From positions 9,445,865-9,509,864 of the forward strand of contig CAJINV010000001.1 of assembly GCA_905178155.1 (NCBI GenBank): a DNA stretch of 64,000 bases, in the 5' to 3' direction. A model generated the notes under the pieces. It was given only the letters and a program-made list of their open reading frames with translations, ran no database searches and was not told where the DNA came from. Each line of letters begins with the position of its first letter. The stretch's first letter is position 1. The position numbers and the translations under genes are program-made. Source of the DNA: Amoebophrya sp. A120 (lineage: Eukaryota; Protista; Dinoflagellata). Shown here piece by piece: positions 49,991 through 59,830 of this stretch.

Positions 49991-50666
49991 TGCAAGTTTT
50001 CTGGTGGATCGAATTCGAAATTGGCTGCAACTACAAGAAATTCGGTCTAAAAAAAAAACGCCAAGTAGCCGACGTAGTCTATCGCAATCGTAATCGAGCG
50101 GCGAAGGTCGTCTTTTTTGGCTTCCCGATGGAGACCGCAGCAGATTCAGAGACGACTAAACACTAAATCACACACAAAGCTGCTTCAAACAGCGACAAAC
50201 TCGAAATCTGACTTTTGTTTTGCGAGGGTACGAAATGGAAAGAAAAAACCGCCACGAGCATCAGAAATCGAAGTCGCAGAAACTGTAGATACACAATAGA
50301 AAAATAAATTTCAGTTCTCATTCGCAGGAGAGGCCGAGGGCGAGGAGCTCGCACCAAAGTGGTATACTCGTCTTTGATCGCTCAACAAGTCCACACATCG
50401 ATAGCCGTCCGTAAACTCTGCAACATATCATGACCATACGACAAAATAAAACATGTGGTCGTCACATATCCGTTTCAGAGTCTATCATTCGCTTCAACTT
50501 TTTTCTTTATTTGTTTCGTTCCTTTTCCTTTGGCTGAGTTTGAGATTCTTTGCGTACAAGAAAAATATTCATTCACATTGTTGACAGATATCTTGAAAAG
50601 ATTTCAATAACTGTTCTCGATGTGTCCGTCACACGATTTGTAGATACTAGTACGATCATCATCCAA

Positions 50667-52052
50667 TTATGAGTGCGCAGTTGCAAAAAGTTCTTGGACA
50701 TCCGCGAATCCTAGCCGTGTTGCGCAGGCTGATGCTGATTCTTGGTCGCCACCGCACGGAAGGTCTGGATTAGCACCAGCCTTCAGTAGCATTCTCACCA
50801 GCTCGACATGCTGTAACGACGCCGCGTAATACAACGCACTTATCCCGTGCTCGTCCCGGGCATCAACCTCGTTTGGCTGTGAGAGTCTGTTCAGTTGCTC
50901 TCTCAGCCCCTCCTCGTCATTTTCGATTGCGCGAATGGTCAAAAGCTTCGCAGTACTCGGCTTTGACGAGGAGGATGAAGGTCCCGCATTACCGCTTGCG
51001 GTCCCTCCACTCGACACTTGCTCTACTTCTGTGTCTAGTACACTAGAGCCATGCTTGAACTTGTGTTGCAGCAAGACCTGGCATTCAAGTGACCCACCCT
51101 CCTTTGCGAGTTCCAGAGACGTTTCGTTCGTCAGTGTCTTCATCGCTGCGGCGTGCGCTGAGCAGTGGTTTTTCAGTAGCTGCGCGACGACCGAAACCCG
51201 CGCATTCAGTAACGCCGCGTGCAGGGCCGTCCGGCCCCAACCGTCGCGCGCAATCACATCGGCTTTTTGCGCGAGCATGCTCTCGCATCCGTCCCAATCC
51301 CCCCCGGCGGCGGCGCGGATGAGACGCTGCGAGCGCGCTAGCGAAACGAAAAACCCGCGCACCATCGCCGCGTCGGCTTTCAGTGCGAATTTCTTGCTTT
51401 TTAGCTCCGTGTCGAATTTCTGCAGCAACTCGTCCAGCTCCCCCGTTTCGCGGAATTTCGCGCTCAACTTCCGAAAGCGCGCAATCTCGGACTTCGTCTT
51501 TTCCGACACCCACAGCAGGTCCCGGGCCAGGGCGTTCATGCTGGCCACGACGCATTCGAAAAAGCACCAGCCGCGGTTCAAAAATTCCGTGTTCGACACA
51601 GCTTCCTTCGGCACCTCGTCGATCACCAGCACGCGCGAAGTGAGGAAAATTCGGCCCATCAGGTCCCCGCTGAGGGCCGTCTTGAAGCGGCGCAGCTGTT
51701 CCTCCGTCCGGTCGTCCTTGCCGCTCTCGTGGTGCACCTGGGGAAGGGACAGGTAGTCGAAAAATAGCACGTCCTTCCGGTCCAGCAGCATCTGCTCGGC
51801 CATGGAACTCAATTTTGACCGGAGCGTCTCCACTTGAATTCCGTCGGGGTCCGGGCTGTAGCGCCCGAGCCACGGATGGGTCACCGCAAACACGCGCGTG
51901 GCGTCGCGTAAGTGGCCAAAGGCGTTGGCGGGGAGGTCCTGGCACCGCGGCATGCGTTCGCCGTCTTTCAGGTTGTACAGGAGCCAGTAGGCTTTCACCC
52001 AATAAACGCCCGGGTACTCCTCATCTTCGAGCGAGGGCGGCGGGGAGGCCAT
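50667..52052 (-). CDS. HET-like domain plus ankyrin-repeat protein
   Basis: FAVTHPW...PDPDG, LFFDYLSLPQ, RGWCFFE (HET-like); ankyrin repeats GRTALHAA, GISALYYAA..HVELVRMLLKAGANPD. Confidence 0.78.
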   Translation of the reverse strand: MASPPPSLEDEEYPGVYWVKAYWLLYNLKDGERMPRCQDLPANAFGHLRDATRVFAVTHPWLGRYSPDPDGIQVETLRSKLSSMAEQMLLDRKDVLFFDYLSLPQVHHESGKDDRTEEQLRRFKTALSGDLMGRIFLTSRVLVIDEVPKEAVSNTEFLNRGWCFFECVVASMNALARDLLWVSEKTKSEIARFRKLSAKFRETGELDELLQKFDTELKSKKFALKADAAMVRGFFVSLARSQRLIRAAAGGDWDGCESMLAQKADVIARDGWGRTALHAALLNARVSVVAQLLKNHCSAHAAAMKTLTNETSLELAKEGGSLECQVLLQHKFKHGSSVLDTEVEQVSSGGTASGNAGPSSSSSKPSTAKLLTIRAIENDEEGLREQLNRLSQPNEVDARDEHGISALYYAASLQHVELVRMLLKAGANPDLPCGGDQESASACATRLGFADVQELFATAHS

Positions 52053-52916
52053 GCTGCGCTGTAAAAGAGGTGCTGGATTATCTGTACACAGGACGCAAGA
52101 ACGAAGAGCAACTCACTGAATTTCAAACCAAGAAGCCGTGGGGAATGTGAAGAAAAAAGCGCGATCAAATCCAAACTACATTAGCGCCAAATGCTAGGAG
52201 ATCTTCACTAAACGAGCTGCGCTGAATCTGAAAGTAGATCTACGATCCTTTCTTCTTTGCCTTAGCCTTGCTGAGACGTGCTGGTGCTAGGTTTGTTTTC
52301 GGGGGCGAAAAGTCAAGGTCAACAAGGGAACCGAATCACTTCCCCTTACTCCCGGCGAACGACTGAAGCACACCGCACACGACCGGTAAGAAAGACCATA
52401 TCAGCAATGGAACGGAAGACAACTTTGTGATGGACCAGGGCACTCCAAGGTCTTGTCGTTGAGCTTTGATGCAAATGTTTGTAATTTTTCAGTGTGTTCG
52501 CGTTCCAACTCTTGTTGTTCTCCAGAAGCTGGGCGCCCGACTTTCCGTTTTCGTTTCGTATGACGAAAATTTGAAAAGCCGTGATCCCATCTTCAAACGT
52601 TTATCGAAGAAAGCTTTGCCCAAGGGATATCTATTTGACCGGTCTCATCATAATAGAAACATGTTCGAACGAAAAATGAAAATTACGGTGGAGCTATTGT
52701 ACAAAGGGGAAATATCAAAGGTGAGTGGGTAGCTGCGCTCTGTCAACAGCGTAAGCGCTTTAGTTACACGCGGGTCGTCGAAGGTGCAGCAATGATAAAT
52801 TGCACCAGCGCATCAAGGACGTCGAGTTAGAATCTAAATTGATAATGATAAGACTACCCAAGCCCCTCCAAGGGGTAGTAGCGTGGTCGAAACCCAGCCG
52901 GAGCTAAGTAAAACTA

Positions 52917-54610
52917 TCACTCTGCGGCAACAAACTTGGTGTCGTCTGGTACGGGAAAGTCGACGGCGGGATCGGCATTGTTTTCATTCTCGAAGGTCAT
53001 TTCGTTTTCATCCACGACGTCCTCGGACCCGTTCGCGGCGTCCACTTCGGGTGGCAGCCTCGGCGCCAGACTGGCGTCCATGTCCGCCTCGTCGGGCTCG
53101 TTCGGGAGATTCGGGATCGGCAGGTGCACCCTTCCACCACCAAGCAACGACGGCAGCTGAGTCTGCAGGTCCAGGTCAAACAACAACTCTCTCGCGGTGG
53201 GCAGCTTCGCCTTTTCGTTCCTCACCGTTTCGAAAACATACTGGGCCTGCTTCATGGTCTGGCAATCAATGCCGAACACCCGGTACTTGGCTCCGCTGCC
53301 TGGGTTACACTGCTGCTGCACTTGCTGGGCCAGACTGGCGCGAAAATCGTCTGCGGCTTGGGAGGCGGCGGTGGCGGCTTTAGCGTCGACTTTCAGGAAG
53401 CAAACCTTTGGCCTGGTTTTCGCGTCTACCCACGGGGAGATTATCTGAGAGATAGATAGAGGGTTTTCATCTTTTTCATTGACTTACGTATCAAAGAAGA
53501 TTCATTCTCCGCTGCTCGTAGTCGTGGCATGATACGGCTGCTACTGTAGAAGCAACTGAAAAATAAGCCAGAGGAAGCGGGCTCAAGACTAGACAGAGAT
53601 ACGTCCAGGGCGTACTGACACTTAGGTAGAAAAACATAATACCCGCCAAGCCGCTTGAAATATTCGTGGTGCGTTGCACAGGTAGGCCTTGGCAAGCATT
53701 TGCGGGGAGTGGTCTTGCACCGATTGGACTAGTTGTCGGATGTAGCCAAAGTACTTCGTCATCCACACGCCCCATCCTTTCATATCAAAGAGCACGACCA
53801 TCCTGTTTTGTTTTCATCGATCTAACTTCAAGTTGAAGATGAAGCCCACAGACATGTGATGTTCATGTTCTTCAGGCAGCACGACCGCTTGCTTGACCCG
53901 TACACTGGGCAACAGCCCGACGTCAGCTAGCTTCAAGTTCAACATTCGAGCAAGAGCTTCAAAGTAAGTAAGTGAGAATTGCGAAGATTGAAAAAGAAAA
54001 AGCGAAGATTAGTCTGACTCAAACTCTCCACTTACCCGCGACAGAAGGGATAGTGCACATTTATGTCCCCGTAGTCCATGTGCTGGGGGAACAGGAGGTC
54101 TTGCTGGTAGTTTGCCACGGTCCGGACTTGACACGACCTCTCCACCCACTCGTTCGCGTTGCGAAGGAAGAAGTGCAGGTATTTCACGTACTCTTCCATG
54201 TTGTAATCCTGCGGGTTCCAGCAGCCGGTGCGAATCAGAATAATCGGCTCGCCGTTGGTGTTCCGGCCTAAGAAGGTCCAACAGGCCGAGCGCATGGCGA
54301 CCAGTTTTACGTCGGCCCTCGCCGAGGGTAAGCCGTATTTGCCATACCAGCTTAGCGTATTTTGCAGCATCGCCTCCGCTTTTTTCAAGTCCCAATTTCT
54401 CGCCTGCAAGTACCGGATCAGGGCGTGGTCGTTGTTTTCAAAAGATGGTATCCCGGCCAGTAGCGGCTGGGTCGCGGCGCGGAAAGCCTGCAAGAGGTTT
54501 TCCTTTTGTTCTTTCGTTACAAGCTCGCCGGCGACAACATTGGGCGTGGTCAGAGGGCCGCCCTCTTGGCCCTCGTTGCTGGCCACCGACTCAAATTCAG
54601 CTTCGTCCAT
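52917..54610 (-). CDS. CRAL-TRIO/Sec14-like lipid-binding protein; exons 54610..54036, 53802..53643, 53444..52917
   Basis: DHALIRYLQARNWDLKKAEAMLQNTLSW (CRAL-TRIO-N); VLFDMKGW...QDHSPQMLAKAYLCNAPRIFQAAWR|IISPWVDAKTRPKVCF...QLPSLLGG. Two GT-AG introns keep the frame. Confidence 0.9.
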
Positions 54611-55201
54611 ACTTGTGCTGACGAGCGCAAAAGTTTTCTACATTCAAAGCTTTAGAAGGAGCAATGGGTCGTGTCGCAAATTTCTAAATGGGAAAAGCGG
54701 CCAAGTGGTAGTTGTATTTCGGGTAGAATGAGACTTTCCCCTTCGTTGTCACAGAAGGGCAGCCACGGGGGAAAAATGGTGGATCAAAGCTCGAGAGAGA
54801 AACCTCATGTACCAATTTGTGTAAATGGCTGGCTCCATGGACTGCAACACTTGGGGGTGAGAACTTGCGATCAGCTCGCCCTCGACGCGAAAAAAAAACA
54901 TGATGTAGTTGAAATACCGAGGGCATCCAAAAGCAAAACCGAAATGGATTATGTGACGACCGATACTGGATGCTGATGAGTAAGTATTGAGAGTACGTTC
55001 GTGTGCGTGCTCCTCTTTGACGAGCGTGTCACAAGAGCTGACCGTGAAACACATCAGTTCTTCCAGTAGACATCGAACCGGAAGTGCGGCACCGTTGAGC
55101 AAGGTTGTCAACTTTACTTTTTTTCTACTGAAAGAGGTTGTTTGTGCACAATAGACGGTGTGGCGCGGAGGCATCAAGTTGCGGTGTAGTTGTCGGCTGT
55201 T

Positions 55202-56920
55202 TCACTTTTCTACCAGTTGGGGCTTTCGGAAAACGAGCACTGCGCGACCGCAGAGATGTTTCGATGTCAAAAGCGCTCTGCAGGACTGCACTAGCTTTTC
55301 GCCTTTCGTTTTGATCAGGGTTCGCGATAAACCATGCGCAATGTACGCGTCATCAGTTCCTCCTTCCTCGTATCCGATTACACAGCCCCAGTGCGCGTGC
55401 TCCTGTAGTTCTTCGAGAGCACGAGGATTCTGATTTGCCGAGGAAGCTGCAATTATTGGTTCGTGCGAACTTCCGTCCTTATTGTAGGGAATCAAAAGAA
55501 CGCCAGTACTTGTTCCCACATCGTTTTCTCCTCTCCGTCCTGGAGTCAGCATATCAGAAATTCTTGAAAATGCCCCTACTTCATCACCTATCCTAACCAC
55601 TCTCGCACCTACGCGGTCGAGCCCTGACCATTTCGTTTCGAGCAGGAATGTGCCAGCATTTGATGAGGAGATCGCCTCGACGAGAGATGCCATGTCGTCG
55701 CAGGAAAACATTTCGCCATCTGAAGAATACTTGTTTGCCAGTGCAAGTTCAAAGAGCGCGCGGAAGAGACTGGCTCTTGATGATGCTGGCGATTCTTCGG
55801 TCGTCTGCGAAAGCAGTTGAGGAGCTCCATCTGCATGGTTTTGATCTTTGTCCTTTAGATGCTGACCACTATTTTCAACCAGATACGCAATCGCCATGTG
55901 CAACGCAACCAAACCGCAACTTGGCCCGATCTGCCGCTGGTGCGGAAATCCTTCAAGAAAGAAGGTGAAAGCTTTTCGCGACTCATCAAGACGGCTGGAG
56001 AAAAACACCTGGTGCTCCAACGGGCGCTCGTAAAGAAGCCGCGTCCGAAAGTGCAGCATTCCATTACTTCCAGAAGGCGGGTCCACTGCGGCACAGGATT
56101 TTTTCATCGGGAAGGTGGAAGACCACGTCGTACCACCATACTCGCACACCTCAACTTCGCGACTTTCCCGTGCTGCAGTTTGCATTCTGCGTAGTTTTCC
56201 GGCCAGCATGTTTTCAAGCTGCAACACCGATTGTTGCTCCACTTTGTTCGCAACCTTTCGCAGATTGGCGCCTGCTGGCTCGCACGGGAGGAAGTTTAGT
56301 GCTCTCTGGTAGAAGTCGGCGAGGGCGGGCTTGCACTCCAAGTACAAATACGGCGGAAGGGTCTTGAAGTCGAAACCTGCGTCGCTACTGAGTTCTTCTG
56401 TTTGCCGTGGCTGCTCAACAACTTCCGCGGACCCACATCGCCGAGCAAGTTGCTCGTCACAAGCCTGGTCTAAAGCAAGCTTGCCTCCCGCCAACCATCG
56501 CAATACTGCGTGGACGATCTTCTGGCCAAGCCGCTGGCCCCGTAGGTCCGGATGAACCACCAGTGAATACAGCATCGCACAGTTCTGGCGCTCGCTGGTG
56601 ACGAACACCGGACTGATTTTTGCGTGAGCAACAACTCGGGCGCCGGTGCCAGCAGTTGTTTCGGGAGTTTTTTTTTGTGCCCCGTGACCATCTTGTTCAG
56701 CCTCATCTTCGATAGCTTCAACATCTTGAACCACGACGGCGAGATGGCCCCCGCGACCCGCGATGGCGGTTCCGGGTATCTGTTTCATCGAGGACCGCCG
56801 CTCGCCGCGCATGTGCGCCTCTTTCGGCCATTCCAGGTCCAGCAAATCCAGAGCCTGATCGACGAGGCTATCAGGCTGCTCGTACAGGCGGACGAGTCGG
56901 GCGCGAGTCTGAACCAACAT
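55202..56920 (-). CDS. NAA80-like GNAT acetyltransferase fused to an ACTMAP (C19orf54)-like actin maturation protease
   Basis: N-half: LVDQALDLLDLEWP, VVAHAKIS, SLVVHPDLRGQRLGQKI (AcCoA motif), LYLE...ADFY...CEP. C-half: QIGPSCGLVALHMA, YSSDGEMFSCDDM, LLIPYNKDGSSHEP, HAHWGCVIG. Single uninterrupted ORF. Confidence 0.8.
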   Translation of the reverse strand: MLVQTRARLVRLYEQPDSLVDQALDLLDLEWPKEAHMRGERRSSMKQIPGTAIAGRGGHLAVVVQDVEAIEDEAEQDGHGAQKKTPETTAGTGARVVAHAKISPVFVTSERQNCAMLYSLVVHPDLRGQRLGQKIVHAVLRWLAGGKLALDQACDEQLARRCGSAEVVEQPRQTEELSSDAGFDFKTLPPYLYLECKPALADFYQRALNFLPCEPAGANLRKVANKVEQQSVLQLENMLAGKLRRMQTAARESREVEVCEYGGTTWSSTFPMKKSCAAVDPPSGSNGMLHFRTRLLYERPLEHQVFFSSRLDESRKAFTFFLEGFPHQRQIGPSCGLVALHMAIAYLVENSGQHLKDKDQNHADGAPQLLSQTTEESPASSRASLFRALFELALANKYSSDGEMFSCDDMASLVEAISSSNAGTFLLETKWSGLDRVGARVVRIGDEVGAFSRISDMLTPGRRGENDVGTSTGVLLIPYNKDGSSHEPIIAASSANQNPRALEELQEHAHWGCVIGYEEGGTDDAYIAHGLSRTLIKTKGEKLVQSCRALLTSKHLCGRAVLVFRKPQLVEK

Positions 56921-57280
56921 GATCGTGTCCGCAGCTAGTGTAGGCTACACAACAACAAGAAGTATGAACATCACCCAATGAGTTCTGTGGTGAATTGCGA
57001 GTGGCGCGGCTCTTGCAGCTGTAGTTTTTGGGTTGGTCTGTAGCTCCGTTACGAGCTGCAGAGTGGAGAGACTGCTCGCCCCTCCTCCTTGCTTGGCGCA
57101 GGTAAGTGGATGGATCTACTGTGTTGGAAAGAAACACAGTCACGGACCTGATAGCCCTACTCAGAGATGACGGATATGTCTTCAGCCGTCTTGATGACCA
57201 TGGCGGGAGTTCTTGTTGCGGATAAAACGAGAAAAAGACTCCAGGATCAACATGAGCTGGTGACGAACAGTGCAGCTTTT

Positions 57281-58438
57281 TCACACTTCGTAGTCCCACT
57301 CTTCCTTACAGGACAGGCAGATTGCTCGATCCAACCCTTGCTTGTCTTCATTCCTGGAGCCCCAGATCTCAGCTTTCGCAAAATCAACGCTCTTGACTGT
57401 GATCACGTGGCGGTAGCGCACCTCGTCGCTTTCGCATCGTGGACACCTCAGCGCGGGGTCACGTAGTGGAAAGGCTTCCTCAAGCCTATCGGTTGAGTTA
57501 CGGTTTCTTGCGGCGGGGCTTCCAGGTGAGCCCGGTCTGCCGGAAGAATTTCTCTTCGTGAGTCGGTCGTGCGGCCCTGGAAGCAGCTCTGTGGTCGGCA
57601 AATCAACGATATAATCGGTAATGTTTTTTATCCCGGCAGTTTCTAGCTTCGATTGAAGGTACTCGCGACACGCAGGGTTTTTTAAGTTTGTCGCCAAAGA
57701 GCGTGCCTTGGCTTTGTACTCGCGCACTGCCCGGTCAAGCGCCTCGCGCTGCTTCTCCAGCTCCTCCTCGTCCGGTGCGCGATTAGTGGTTCTGGTTGCC
57801 CCGCCGCTGTGATTCGAAGTTACCATGGCAGCTGACGCACCGAAGTCCCTCGCAGGATTACTGCTCGCGTCTCCGGCGATATTACTCGACATTGAGAGCC
57901 GTGCCCGCAGGTTGTCGAGGAGACGTTTCGCCTCCTCGGATAGGACATTTCGGGCCTGTCCGGCGTCAACCACTTCAGCGGAGGGTGCACTACCGAGCAG
58001 TTCCGGCTCACTAACGTCTCCCTTTCGGTTTTCTGCTTTAGATTCGTCCACGCGACGTCGCTTCGTGCCACTCGCACTGGCAGACACAGAGTCGTCCTCC
58101 CGCTCTTTGGCGCTCGTTTCCCCTGCTTCCAAAGCCGGACGTTTTCTGTTCGCAGACCCAGTGCTGGGCCCACTTAGTGTAGGTAGAACCGAAGAGAAAA
58201 ACTTGACGAAGCACTTCTCCTCCACTTTATTTGCATCGTACCAGGACGCGTCTTGCTGCACAGGCACAGCGGATGTGAGGACTTTCAATGCCGCAGCACG
58301 CATGGACTCGATTGCGGTGAAATCGAATGCCGGCTTCGTCTTTTGAGCGGAAGCAATGGATGAAGAAGAGGCTCCACCAACCACGGTATTTCCACGTCCT
58401 GGCTGGCGCTGCCAACGGGGCTTGAAAGAGGATTTCAT
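57281..58438 (-). CDS. TFIIS-like protein (central-domain-like helices plus C-terminal zinc ribbon)
   Basis: YKAKARSLATNLKNP (TFIIS domain II-like); CPRC...CLSCKEEW zinc ribbon. Confidence 0.65.
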   Translation of the reverse strand: MKSSFKPRWQRQPGRGNTVVGGASSSSIASAQKTKPAFDFTAIESMRAAALKVLTSAVPVQQDASWYDANKVEEKCFVKFFSSVLPTLSGPSTGSANRKRPALEAGETSAKEREDDSVSASASGTKRRRVDESKAENRKGDVSEPELLGSAPSAEVVDAGQARNVLSEEAKRLLDNLRARLSMSSNIAGDASSNPARDFGASAAMVTSNHSGGATRTTNRAPDEEELEKQREALDRAVREYKAKARSLATNLKNPACREYLQSKLETAGIKNITDYIVDLPTTELLPGPHDRLTKRNSSGRPGSPGSPAARNRNSTDRLEEAFPLRDPALRCPRCESDEVRYRHVITVKSVDFAKAEIWGSRNEDKQGLDRAICLSCKEEWDYEV

Positions 58439-59830
58439 TGTGGAATCTTCTACGCTTTATGCGACTGACACTGACTTTCGTTTTCAAACTGAATCGCTTT
58501 CGCTCCGTAGGGGCTGTGGGTCGTCCACGATTCACTCCATTACCTCCTCTGCCTGTCTTGAACACCAAAGCGGCAAAGACGAGCGCATGTTTTCTCTCTC
58601 AGATTCCTATGCCCTTCGAGTTTTCTACTACTACTTTCCATATTAAAAACCCGAATGTTGGCAAATCAATTGAGTGTACCAGTTGGATTTGGAATATTGC
58701 TTACACGAGGGAGGAAGATCGAGAACAATGCGAGACGATCGTCGCGGCATATTGACGACCCGGAACGAATCCGACCACGGGGGCTCAACCGTAGCAGCGT
58801 TGCTACTCGCGACCAGAATGATCACGAACTATATTTTTAAAACACTTGCTTCACACACGAGCAGCGACACCAGACCGCCGCCATCATTCAAGTCAAGCTT
58901 GTGGGTACTTATAGATACATAGATACTTTCACCGTTAGGAGGTTGGTCTTTCATGTTTAATGAGGATGGTCACACGGAGCCGCTTCTTGAAAGGTGTTCT
59001 TTTATCTCATACGTCTAGCGCTACTTCAATAAAAAAGGACAACTTTTTGTTGGAGCTGCTTTAATAAAATTGCTGCTTTCATAAAATTGCTTAACAATAA
59101 GTGAGCATGGTGTCATGTTGCCCTGAGCGCATTCGGCGCGAACATTTTGTAGAGAAGAGCATCGAGAACGAGAAGGGTTTTCTTTGTGTATATTATTGGA
59201 CATGTACGTCTAAACATGGGCTTTCTTCTTCATACGATAGAAATACAAATAGACTACGAAGTTCTCCAGTTGTACCAGTTAAGTCTCGCGCAGCATAATT
59301 ACATTTGCAAAAGTCAAAGCAGTTTGCTTTTTTATTTTAGTTAGTTACTTTCTGACAGTGCCAACTTAAACTACGAGTAGCGGACGTGATGAATAACAAT
59401 AACCACAAATGCTGAGTCAATTCGATCGAAAAACCATCAGCAAGACCGTATGTTGTGCGCAACGGCGTGCCTGTGCATCTTCTAGATCGTGAACGCCCCT
59501 TGGTCTTCCTTGCGCTTTTTCGCCCGCGCTCCGCCATCATTCGGTGACGGCGTCCGGGGAGGTCGCATCGTGGGGCTTGGGGGTGGAGACATCTCGCGCC
59601 TGGGCGTTTGCGGCGGGCCGTGAGGATGAGCACGAGGCCGAGGGCTCCGGCTTTTGGTTTGCATCTGCGACCCCCGCGACGGTGTGACGGGAGGCGTTCT
59701 GCCCGATGTTCGCGGAGTAGGTGCCGGGCTCGCTACGCGCGAGCTTGCTGCTGAAAGAGGTCCACCTGCTCCGAGTCGACCGTCTGAGTAGCTTGACGGC
59801 GCGGGAGATTCCAGTAACCGTTCCCAGTAA

